NCBI GenBank assembly: GCA_003543115.1
Contig: DPJH01000036.1
Coordinates: 9,182-73,181 of the forward strand
Direction: 5' to 3'
DNA from: Candidatus Moraniibacteriota bacterium
GTDB taxonomy: Bacteria > Patescibacteriota > Minisyncoccia > Moranbacterales > UBA2206
DNA: 64,000 nt
Part shown: in pieces, positions 28,387-37,145 of the stretch
How positions within the stretch are numbered: the stretch's first letter is position 1
How the letters are laid out: every line of letters starts with the position of its first letter
Translations under genes and position numbers: made by a program
The notes under the pieces: generated by a model
The model's input: the letters and a program-made list of their open reading frames with translations, nothing else
The model's database searches: none
Told to the model about the DNA's origin: nothing

Positions 28387-30213
28387 TTATTCTCCTTCAT
28401 TATCAAAATCCTTCTTGGCTTGCTCAATTTCAAGCATTTGAGCCGGATCAGTTGTAATAACCTGATCTTCGCCATAAGAAGCTACGACTTTGATAGCTAC
28501 ATGTTTTGTTCCGGCAAAGAAAATTCCTTCACCCACATTGCTTTCAAGAAGAAGGAATTTCTCCTGATCGGTCAGATAAAATGTTTCCGATATGACATCA
28601 ATGGCTGCTGGAGATTGTTTGAGCAAGAGCTGGATAGATGAATTGGTAACGATCGGTTTTCCATAGCGGGAAGAAAGAAAATCATTCACGTCTTGAGTGA
28701 TGGTAGTGAGTCCAGTATAATATTTCCTGCATCTTTTTGCAATTCCAAAAAGGAAAGAAGCGGCATCATCATATTTCATCATTACCCAGGCTTCGTCTAC
28801 AAGAACAATTCTTTTTCGTACGTTGGCTCGCATTTCATTCCAGATGAAATGAAGCACGATATACATGGCGATAGGGCGCAATTCATCTTCCATATCACGA
28901 ATATTGAAAACCACTAATTTATTATCAGCAATAATATTGGTTGGATTGTTGAGAAATCCGGCAAAGATACCATCGGTATATTTTTCCAGCCGAATAGCTA
29001 AATCCTCTCCCCCATCCATGTTGCGCAAAACTTGGTAGAGATCGGTGATTGTCGGGTAAGCTTCTTTGGGAATGGAATTAAAAGGAGTTTGGGCATTAAT
29101 ATCCCGGATAGCATAGGTTTCATGGATGGCTCTGTCAAGAATAGAATCTTCTTCCGGCGTAATATTTCCCAGCATAAGATGAAGAAGGCCTAAAAGGTTG
29201 GCAATGTTGTTTCGCAAAATATCAGCCGGATCCTCGTCATCCGAAATTTTTGGCAAATCAAACGGATTGAGGTGATTGTGGGAATTAAGGGATATTTTCA
29301 GAAAAGACCCCTGGACGGTGTCGCAAAGATGCCTATATTCATTTTCTGGGTCAATAATAATAACATCCGTTCCAATCATCAAAGAGCGCAGAACTTCCAG
29401 TTTTATGGTATAGCTTTTTCCAGCTCCGGATTTGGCAAAAACCACCATATTGCCATTTTCCATTTTGAAGCGATCAAAAAGAATGAGACTGTTATTGTGC
29501 CTATTGATGCCATAAAGAATGCCCTCATCATTGGAAAGCGTGGAAGAGACAAAAGGAAAAGTGGTGGAGAGAGGAGCGGAATTCATGTTGGTGCCGATAT
29601 TAATTTCATCATTGGCAAGCGGTATGGTTGAATTGAATCCTTGCTCTGTTCGGAATATGGCAGGCTTGGTATAAACCAATTGTGCTTCCAGAATAGACTC
29701 GATGCTTCTGGCTGATTTTTCCAATTCTTCTTCACTTGCTCCGTAAACAGTTATATATAAGCCGAAACGAAAGAACTTTTCCGTTCCTTGTTGCAGCTTG
29801 TCTCTCAGTTCTTCAATGTCATTGATAGCGGTTTCCAGAGCTGGGTCGCGAATCATCCCACTTTCTTCTTCAATATGGATCTGAGATTGCACTTGTGTGG
29901 AGCTTCTGCGAAGATTTTTAAGGATATCATAAGTGTCGATGGGATGCACGAACATGGAAATATCCATAGGCATGTCTATGTTTATGATCGGAGAGAACCA
30001 GTTGCTGTGAAGATATCGAGGATAGGAAATTACGAAAATTGTTCGAGCAAAAGTCTCTCCCATGCGGATTGATTTGGGAGTTATTTTAATAGAAGCAGGC
30101 GCTATGATATCTTGCAGCTTGGCTATTCCTTCTTGATAATATTTTTCTGAAGCAAGGATCTCATCTCTTTCTTCAGGCTTCATGGCGCTTTTTTTATTAA
30201 AAAAATCGAACAT
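28387..30213 (-). CDS. VirB4/TrbE/CagE-family type IV secretion ATPase, ATPase portion
   Basis: Walker A is VVFAKSGAGKSYTIK and Walker B-like is RKRIVLVDEAW. At 608 aa it lacks the usual roughly 200-aa N-domain, which is encoded by the upstream ORF. Confidence 0.75.
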   Translation of the reverse strand: MFDFFNKKSAMKPEERDEILASEKYYQEGIAKLQDIIAPASIKITPKSIRMGETFARTIFVISYPRYLHSNWFSPIINIDMPMDISMFVHPIDTYDILKNLRRSSTQVQSQIHIEEESGMIRDPALETAINDIEELRDKLQQGTEKFFRFGLYITVYGASEEELEKSARSIESILEAQLVYTKPAIFRTEQGFNSTIPLANDEINIGTNMNSAPLSTTFPFVSSTLSNDEGILYGINRHNNSLILFDRFKMENGNMVVFAKSGAGKSYTIKLEVLRSLMIGTDVIIIDPENEYRHLCDTVQGSFLKISLNSHNHLNPFDLPKISDDEDPADILRNNIANLLGLLHLMLGNITPEEDSILDRAIHETYAIRDINAQTPFNSIPKEAYPTITDLYQVLRNMDGGEDLAIRLEKYTDGIFAGFLNNPTNIIADNKLVVFNIRDMEDELRPIAMYIVLHFIWNEMRANVRKRIVLVDEAWVMMKYDDAASFLFGIAKRCRKYYTGLTTITQDVNDFLSSRYGKPIVTNSSIQLLLKQSPAAIDVISETFYLTDQEKFLLLESNVGEGIFFAGTKHVAIKVVASYGEDQVITTDPAQMLEIEQAKKDFDNEGE

Positions 30214-30239
30214 AAGGTATGAATTTTATAATTTTTTAA

Positions 30240-30926
30240 TTATTGTATTTCCAGATTATTTACATCCCCGATTTCTGGATTGGTAAATAAGTTAGGGTTA
30301 TAGGAATTATATAGCAGCTCAACTATTTCTTGTGTTTTGAGCGGAGTGAGGCGGAGTCCGATGCCGGAAAGAGACGCGGTGATATGATCCAGTCTTTGGA
30401 AAAGCTGATTTTTATATGTTTCAAAATGCTCTCTTTTTGCCTGGATACTTTTTCGGGGATTAAAATGGTCCATCATATTGCCTAAAAAACCCTTACCCTC
30501 ATTTTCTACCGGGGAAAACGGAACAACAATGTAGAAATTCTTATCCATAATATTGGAAACAGAAACTAATTGCTGGATAAAATTTTGGTATTCCGAAATT
30601 TGAAATTTCAGAAGATCGTTTTTCTGTTGGCGTGATTTTTTCTCAATGAAATCAAGATAATCGGAAATATTGAGCTTTCTGGAGCTTATGACGATTTGAA
30701 CCGGAAAATCAAGGGAATTGAGAAAAGCTTGATATTGCATTATTATAGCATCTTGTTCCTCGGTTGATTTAAGATCAAAATTAATGGCAGAAACAGCCAT
30801 TATGGCTCTCATTGAGCCATTTTTTAGAATAATAACATCTTCTTTCACTTCAGCTACGTCTAAAAATATTTGGGTGGCTGAAGCGTTATTTTGGCCGGAT
30901 AGTTTGTTTGAATGTAAAATTTCCAT
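30240..30926 (-). CDS. VirB4 N-terminal domain encoded as separate ORF
   Basis: ILKNGSMRAIMAVSAINFDLKSTEEQDAIIMQYQAFLNSLDFPVQIVI matches the conserved start of Gram-positive-type VirB4 proteins (PINFxLKSxxEQ...Y..FLxSL.FP.Q). It lies 26 nt upstream of the ATPase ORF, in a different frame. Confidence 0.55.
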   Translation of the reverse strand: MEILHSNKLSGQNNASATQIFLDVAEVKEDVIILKNGSMRAIMAVSAINFDLKSTEEQDAIIMQYQAFLNSLDFPVQIVISSRKLNISDYLDFIEKKSRQQKNDLLKFQISEYQNFIQQLVSVSNIMDKNFYIVVPFSPVENEGKGFLGNMMDHFNPRKSIQAKREHFETYKNQLFQRLDHITASLSGIGLRLTPLKTQEIVELLYNSYNPNLFTNPEIGDVNNLEIQ

Positions 30927-31330
30927 TATTTTTTCTTTATTTCTAGCAATTGGGATACTTTTTTAATTTCTTCAAGGCTGATTTCTTTGTTAGTGTGAAC
31001 GGATGACTTTTCATTGATTATTTTTGTGTGTTTGAATAAGTTTTTGGTGTCTGGCATTCTTCTCCACATATATATTTTTGGCTTGGAGAAAAATATGAAT
31101 ATTGATCCTAGAGCGGATATAAGAGGTTGTCCATTGGGCCGATAGAAAGCCAGTCCTCCAAAAATAAAAGCTACAAAAAAAGTTGACACAACAAAGGCTG
31201 CCAAATCAAGAACGCTCCAAAGTAAAAGAAGACACACTCCTCCTGCTGCCAGCCATCCTAATTGTTTGGCGGTCAAAGGGCCGACGATCTTATCTTCGAT
31301 ATCAATAAATTGTGGGATGTTGAATATCAT
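30926..31330 (-). CDS. VirB3-like small membrane protein
   Basis: A 134-aa protein with two TM helices immediately upstream of VirB4, overlapping it by 1 nt. This is the typical VirB3/ConD-type position and topology. Confidence 0.4.
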   Translation of the reverse strand: MIFNIPQFIDIEDKIVGPLTAKQLGWLAAGGVCLLLLWSVLDLAAFVVSTFFVAFIFGGLAFYRPNGQPLISALGSIFIFFSKPKIYMWRRMPDTKNLFKHTKIINEKSSVHTNKEISLEEIKKVSQLLEIKKK

Positions 31331-31348
31331 GGAATTAATTTTTGAATT

Positions 31349-32635
31349 TTATATCTCTCTTAAGTTTACCACATTTTTTCCGCTTGGTCTTGGAGGTGCG
31401 GGCTTTTTTTCGAGAACGACAGTGTTTGTTTTCGGTGTGGATGATTGGTAGGGCTTGACCGGCAAATTATCGGGTGATTGCGGAGTCGAAAAATATTTTT
31501 TTTGTTTCGCTATAGGATCCTTTTCATATTCATAAGGAAGTTTTTGGGGAGAGGAAAAAGTCATTTTGTTAGTTTGCAGTTCGCTTGCCTGCTCGCCTTG
31601 CTCTCGACTCGTCGAAGCGGGCCGGCGAGGCGGGTAGTTCGTAGTTTGTGGCGAGTTGTTGTCTGTGTATGGTTGGCCGTGGTCATTTTTCTTGTTAGCT
31701 TCAATTGGTCGTGACGTAGATGATTCTGTTTCAGCGATAGATGTTGCCGGTGCAGTTTGAATTTTGGGCTTCAATGTTTCTGGAACGTTTCTGCCTGCTG
31801 CGGGAGAGGTGAAAGGCGGAAAAACTATTTGTCTGGTTGTTTTGTTGATGGAAATGGGAGTTTCATCGTTGAATGATTTTAGGATATATGTCAGTTTTTG
31901 TCTGTCGGAAGAACTCATTTTCTTGGTGTTTTCACTATGAAATAGATAGTTTCCGATTTCAATGGCGCTATGTTTTTCATATCCGAAATATGAAGTGTAG
32001 TCAGCTAGCCAGTTTGCAAGCGATGGACGCACCGATTCCGGAAAGCTGAGAATCTTGATGCGTTGCGAGGTGATGATCTGTTCTCCGATGTCCGGAATCT
32101 CTTTGAGTGCCTGAAAAATAGGCATTTTCATCAGTGAGGGCGCGTTTTGTTCTTGTGATCCGACAGAATTTTTGGAGAGTGGTTCCTGCAAGGACAGTTC
32201 GCGTGCCTTAGAAAGAATTCTAGATGAAATATCTTGCGCAATTTGATTGCAGGCCGCTGAATCTATGCCAAGATTTTTTTCTAACAGGCCATTGATATCT
32301 TCCCATTCTTTAGTTCGGCACAATTGCCATACGATGTGGGGCAGCGCATCTCTTTGTTTTTGGGATAGATTGAATTTTTTAGCCAAATCATCATAGAAAA
32401 GGGCATGCTCAAAAGAAAGCAGAAAAAAAATCAAATTACTGTCCATTCCAGAGAGGGTGTTGGGAAAAATTTGCGCATTGGCGTTTTGTTTCTTCCATTT
32501 TTCCAGTAATTCTTTTTTTGTTTCGGCTATTTCTTCGGCTATTTTTTGTTTTTCCAGTTCTAAATCATAGCCTTGGTATGAAGGATTGCTTTGATTGAAC
32601 CTATTGTAATCAGTCTTATTTTGATATGTTGGCAT
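31349..32635 (-). CDS. hypothetical soluble protein with Pro/Ser/Thr-rich C-terminal tail
   Basis: No TM helix. The C-terminal third is low complexity (PQTTNYPPRRPASTSREQGEQ...) and is encoded by a locally GC-rich stretch at 31560-31700. Confidence 0.4.
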   Translation of the reverse strand: MPTYQNKTDYNRFNQSNPSYQGYDLELEKQKIAEEIAETKKELLEKWKKQNANAQIFPNTLSGMDSNLIFFLLSFEHALFYDDLAKKFNLSQKQRDALPHIVWQLCRTKEWEDINGLLEKNLGIDSAACNQIAQDISSRILSKARELSLQEPLSKNSVGSQEQNAPSLMKMPIFQALKEIPDIGEQIITSQRIKILSFPESVRPSLANWLADYTSYFGYEKHSAIEIGNYLFHSENTKKMSSSDRQKLTYILKSFNDETPISINKTTRQIVFPPFTSPAAGRNVPETLKPKIQTAPATSIAETESSTSRPIEANKKNDHGQPYTDNNSPQTTNYPPRRPASTSREQGEQASELQTNKMTFSSPQKLPYEYEKDPIAKQKKYFSTPQSPDNLPVKPYQSSTPKTNTVVLEKKPAPPRPSGKNVVNLREI

Positions 32636-32655
32636 TTTATATAATATTTTAAATT

Positions 32656-33054
32656 CTAAAATTGAAAAACTGCCTGATTGTCTTTGATATATTGAATAAT
32701 CATATTCAATCTTTGTTGATTTTTGGTTGCGTTTTCTCCTAAGTTTTTATCCATGGCTTCAGAAATTTCAAAAGCTTCTTTTGTGATATAATCTTTTCTG
32801 ATTGTTTCAAGAAGCTCTGTTTTGTAGTTTTCCGGAGCATTTTTGCCGATATATTCTATATTAGCTTCTGAAATGCCGGCTATTATGCTCGGATAGGAAA
32901 AGGAATATACGCTTGATAAGAGAAGCTCTTCCCCTTTGAGGGACAGTATGTGTTGGGCTAATGCAACTTTTTGTTGGATAGTGTCTTGCGGGAAGGCAAT
33001 GTGGGGTATCGCAAATTTATCTAAAATTTCTTCACTAATGATATCGCTAAACAT
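32656..33054 (-). CDS. small hypothetical cytoplasmic protein
   Basis: A 132-aa intact ORF within the operon. Confidence 0.35.
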   Translation of the reverse strand: MFSDIISEEILDKFAIPHIAFPQDTIQQKVALAQHILSLKGEELLLSSVYSFSYPSIIAGISEANIEYIGKNAPENYKTELLETIRKDYITKEAFEISEAMDKNLGENATKNQQRLNMIIQYIKDNQAVFQF

Positions 33055-33071
33055 GTTTTTAAGTAAAATAA

Positions 33072-34964
33072 TTAGGTCCAGAGAGCGTCAACCACTCCCC
33101 TGGCTTTTGCTGCGGCAGTATTAATTTCTGGCGTTGTCGGCTTATCGTTTGTTTCTGCAACTTTATGCGCTTGCTTGGCCTTATCATTAAGCACTTTCCA
33201 ATTGAGAGCGATTTGTTGCTTGATATAATTTTCTTTTTGTTCAGAATTTTTTCCTTGCATATTTGTAGCGTGCATTCTATTTCTTGGATCGAGAACCTCG
33301 CTTCTTACTTTCAATTCAAATTCATCCTTTTTGCTAGTATCAGTTTTAAGATGATGTAGCATGGATGCCACTTTAACAGCTTCTCCATATCGTTTAGACG
33401 GATCTTTGTGGTGTAAGTCAGCTTTTAATATCTGATGAACAAGACTGTCTTTTCCAATCGCATCAATGTGATCATTTTCATCAGCTTTTTCCTTATATTT
33501 CTTTCTGAATTCTTCCACCCTCTTGTTTTTACTGGCATCTTTCCATCCTTTTTTGCCTCCAGTGACTCCTCCTGCAATTTGAGACTCTCGTTCTTCTTTG
33601 CCGCTCTTAAATAAGAATCTTGAATATTTATTATCCATTCCAAAAATTTTCCCGCTCTTTCTTGTGTTTTCCCATCCTTTCTTTATTCCACCTGGAATGC
33701 CAGTTGTGTTCCATGCGCCTTTTCCAAAGCTTTTCGCCATACCAATGCCTTTTCCGCGCACTTTTCCAAGAATTGATCCTGCTCCGTCAATTCCCTTCAC
33801 TGCCATGCCCATTCCTATCCAAAGTATAACAATAGGAGGAATAAATCTTGTCATACCTATAACAATATTGTTGGGCGCTGCTTCCATGCCTCCTATAAAC
33901 CCAACATCATTAGTTACGGCTGCCAATGTATTCATTAATTGTGTTGATATATAAAGAACCAGAGCGATAATTGGTCCAGCCATGGCATATTTGAAAAGAT
34001 TGTTCCACCATTCTCCGCCCTTTCCAATAATAGATCCTGCAAACCCGATAGGAGAAAAAATTATTATAATTCCTAGGGCAATAGTTCGTATGAGCAGTAT
34101 GAAGGCGAGAGCTAAAATAGTAAGAGCCAAGACAAAAATAAATATAATAGAAGCAAGCATTTGAGGAATATTAGCTTTTTTGTCTGTTATGATAATTTGC
34201 AGGTTATCGAAGGCAGATATGCTTGTTATTATTTCTCCCCCAGATTTATTGCTACCCATTAAGTTGTCAAGCAGGGTATACATAAGGGAATTGCTAATAT
34301 CAATAATAAAACGAGTAATAGGAAAACTGAAGTTCACTAAAAGTGCCATAATAACCAACCAAAGCAGTATATTTTTATAGTTATATTTGCTATATTGAAA
34401 AACAGTGGAAAAAGCGGAAAAAAGAAGAACTAAAATAAAGCCTATATTGCAAAGATCTCTGACTTTGCTCCATATTTCATATATAGCTGGATCAGAAAGC
34501 ATAGCTGAGGCAGTGTTTGCATCAATTACTTTTGAAAATAACAAAACAGCTAGATTGAGTATCCATCCAGTAAAATAAAGGACGCCCTGAAGTAACCACA
34601 TAATGGCGCCTTCAGCTGCATCTCCAACAGCTCCTGTAAATTCCTTGTCATTCTTAACTTCTTGTATTAGTCCAGCTGATTTTGTGAAAAATGGATATCC
34701 CGATGTACCTTTTTTTATAAAATCTGTTCCATATTTATAACGTCCACCATTTGATCCGCATTTTTTTTCGCATGCCTCTTTTGTCGGAGCTGTTGTTGAA
34801 TCGCCTGTTGCATAGCTTACAATATCACCAATATTTGCCTGAAAACAAGTACATGTATTTGATGCGGCTAAAATAGGCGTTGTATCAAAAAACAAAAAAC
34901 CGGCAGATATGATAAATATCGCTAAGAGTGTTGTGAATATTTTTTCCCTTTTTTGGTCTTTCAA
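33072..34964 (-). CDS. VirB6/TrbL-like polytopic membrane protein
   Basis: A signal peptide and Cys-rich extracellular N-domain are followed by about 6 TM helices and a Lys-rich cytoplasmic tail. Size and position are typical of VirB6 in Gram-positive/CPR T4SS loci. Confidence 0.5.
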   Translation of the reverse strand: MKDQKREKIFTTLLAIFIISAGFLFFDTTPILAASNTCTCFQANIGDIVSYATGDSTTAPTKEACEKKCGSNGGRYKYGTDFIKKGTSGYPFFTKSAGLIQEVKNDKEFTGAVGDAAEGAIMWLLQGVLYFTGWILNLAVLLFSKVIDANTASAMLSDPAIYEIWSKVRDLCNIGFILVLLFSAFSTVFQYSKYNYKNILLWLVIMALLVNFSFPITRFIIDISNSLMYTLLDNLMGSNKSGGEIITSISAFDNLQIIITDKKANIPQMLASIIFIFVLALTILALAFILLIRTIALGIIIIFSPIGFAGSIIGKGGEWWNNLFKYAMAGPIIALVLYISTQLMNTLAAVTNDVGFIGGMEAAPNNIVIGMTRFIPPIVILWIGMGMAVKGIDGAGSILGKVRGKGIGMAKSFGKGAWNTTGIPGGIKKGWENTRKSGKIFGMDNKYSRFLFKSGKEERESQIAGGVTGGKKGWKDASKNKRVEEFRKKYKEKADENDHIDAIGKDSLVHQILKADLHHKDPSKRYGEAVKVASMLHHLKTDTSKKDEFELKVRSEVLDPRNRMHATNMQGKNSEQKENYIKQQIALNWKVLNDKAKQAHKVAETNDKPTTPEINTAAAKARGVVDALWT

Positions 34965-35011
34965 CTTTTTCGTATATGAAATGATTTCTATTATTTTATC
35001 CAGTCAATTTC

Positions 35012-35965
35012 CTATGTCGGATTGTCCGGATTGACCCATGGTTTGGCCTCTCCTTCCGGTGCTTCATTTTCTTCGCTATTTTGAGCGTCTTGGTCTTCTT
35101 CTCCCGTGTTTTCCTGAGATTTTCCGATTCCGTCTTGAATGGTTTGGGATACGAATTGGGTGACCATTCCGGCTATCACATCTTGCATGCTGGTGGCGCT
35201 GGAAATGGAATCAAAGCTCATGGCATTGGCATTGCTTAACTGGGAAGCGATATAGGCTCCGGGAGTGACAACCTTTCCATTTTTTTCGGTCCCCTTATAT
35301 CCCATGCCGGCGATAGCTTTGACCTCGGCGATTTGTCTTGTTTCTTCCAGTTTCTTTTGATACATGCTCTGGACATATAGTTGGTAGGACCAGGGATTGT
35401 TGATTCCGGAAAGATAGGAATTAAAATTGTTGAGATTCCCATCGCTAAAGAGATTTTCACTTGGATTGCCCACATAAGTCGTTTTCAATTTCTTGGTTTC
35501 TGATTGAATCATTGATTTAGCCATACTGGAGAGTTGTTTTTTGAAGTCAGCTCCTCCGCTGCCTTGAGGAAAATAATCGCCAATGCCTTCAGCTGAAACA
35601 TAGCTGCTCAGATCTTGTCCGCCAACACTTTCACTTATATAGTCATTTATATAGACTTGGGCGCTTTTTTCCGATTGGGTGAAAAGATAGTCCTTATAAT
35701 TGCTGATTATTTTGCTGTCTTTCGAGCTGCTTCCCCCGACAACATTGCTTACTTGTTCGCTGATCATCTTGATTGCCATCTGTTTCATGGCGCCGGTAAG
35801 AATATTTTTGACCATGTCTTGCACATAAGCCATGATTCTGTTTACCAAAGTAGCCGGTATGGCCATCCAGGCATCGGCTTTTTGGGCTTGGACAGGAGCA
35901 AAAGCCAAGCCGATAGAAAAAATAAAAACAAAAATAATTTTACGAAAATTTGATTTAGACTTCAT
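35012..35965 (-). CDS. secreted protein (signal peptide), possible VirB5/pilus-associated component
   Basis: Begins MKSKSNFRKIIFVFIFSIGLAFAPVQAQKADA. The mature protein is predicted helical and ends in an acidic tail. Confidence 0.35.
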   Translation of the reverse strand: MKSKSNFRKIIFVFIFSIGLAFAPVQAQKADAWMAIPATLVNRIMAYVQDMVKNILTGAMKQMAIKMISEQVSNVVGGSSSKDSKIISNYKDYLFTQSEKSAQVYINDYISESVGGQDLSSYVSAEGIGDYFPQGSGGADFKKQLSSMAKSMIQSETKKLKTTYVGNPSENLFSDGNLNNFNSYLSGINNPWSYQLYVQSMYQKKLEETRQIAEVKAIAGMGYKGTEKNGKVVTPGAYIASQLSNANAMSFDSISSATSMQDVIAGMVTQFVSQTIQDGIGKSQENTGEEDQDAQNSEENEAPEGEAKPWVNPDNPT

Positions 35966-35971
35966 ATTGGT

Positions 35972-37003
35972 TTATTTTATTTCCTCGAGAAAATTATCAG
36001 AAACGGAAACCCCATAATCGTTCAGTTGCTTTTGCATATTGGAATCAAGTTTCAAGTCATACTGCTCTATCTTTTTTGTAATAGAGTCGGAAAAATCAGA
36101 AACAAGCATGGTGGCGCTTTGGATGTTTGAATAATTCACTAGATTGGTCAGAGGATCATCTTGGACCGAATTCACCGAGTTTTTGAGCTGATCGACATAA
36201 CTGATCAGCTGGAGTCCCTTGATGTGGTCCTCAGTCATTTCTTCAGGCACTTCTATATCTTTTATTTGAGAGGATATTTTCTTTAGGGACAAGTCCAGAT
36301 CTTCGATGGAGCTGGAGTTTTGAGAGCTAAGAGCGCTTCCTATTTTCTCCATAACAGAAGAGTTGAGCTTATTGATGTCATCGTTTGAGTTGATCGGTTC
36401 CGGGGAATTGGAAAGTAAGACATAGGAAATTCCGGTGATATAGTCGCTCATATCCTGCTTTTTCTTTTCCAGCTGTTTTTCTTTGGATAATCCATCATAA
36501 TCCTGCTTTTTTATTTTTATTTGCTTGGGGTCTGCAGGAGGCGGGAGTTCTCGGGCGGATTTTTCCTGTTCTATGGATTCATTGACAATAGTTTTTATCT
36601 GTTCGATGGTTTCCTGCTGATTTTCGGAATCTGCATTTTTCAAAGTGGTGGAAATTTTTTTAGAAACCTCTTTGGTGAGATTTCTTTTGTCGGAGTCGTT
36701 ATTTTTTTTATCAGAAAAAGTGTTTGCATCCGGAATCAGCTTGTCTCCGGGCGATGGTTTTTTGGGATCATAGCCGCTTTTTACTTCTGCTCCGTCAGAA
36801 TATCCATCTCCGTCAGTATCCGTTTTGTTGGGATTGGTGCCATAAGTTTTTTCTTCATCATCCGAAAGGCCGTCTTGATCGCTATCAAGGAAGATGTTTT
36901 TAGTGGTGATTGATTTTTCTTCAGCATAAGCATAGAAAGAAAAACTGCTGACGATAAGTATCAATAAAACAGCTAAGGATATTTGAAAGTTTTTTATTTT
37001 CAT
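35972..37003 (-). CDS. secreted protein with thrombospondin type-3-like Ca-binding repeats
   Basis: A signal peptide is followed by DSDQDGLSDDEE...TDTDGDGYSDGAEVKSGYDP (DxDxDG motifs). Confidence 0.5.
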   Translation of the reverse strand: MKIKNFQISLAVLLILIVSSFSFYAYAEEKSITTKNIFLDSDQDGLSDDEEKTYGTNPNKTDTDGDGYSDGAEVKSGYDPKKPSPGDKLIPDANTFSDKKNNDSDKRNLTKEVSKKISTTLKNADSENQQETIEQIKTIVNESIEQEKSARELPPPADPKQIKIKKQDYDGLSKEKQLEKKKQDMSDYITGISYVLLSNSPEPINSNDDINKLNSSVMEKIGSALSSQNSSSIEDLDLSLKKISSQIKDIEVPEEMTEDHIKGLQLISYVDQLKNSVNSVQDDPLTNLVNYSNIQSATMLVSDFSDSITKKIEQYDLKLDSNMQKQLNDYGVSVSDNFLEEIK

Positions 37004-37145
37004 CGGATTAGTTTTTGAAGCTAGAAAAATGGGCTTTTTGTAAAATAAATTTCTATAAAAAAAATTTCCAAATCAAGAAGAAGCAGAATATTTCCTATGG
37101 AGAAATTATATCACAAAAAGAAAAAAACAAGAAGTTTTCGAGTGG

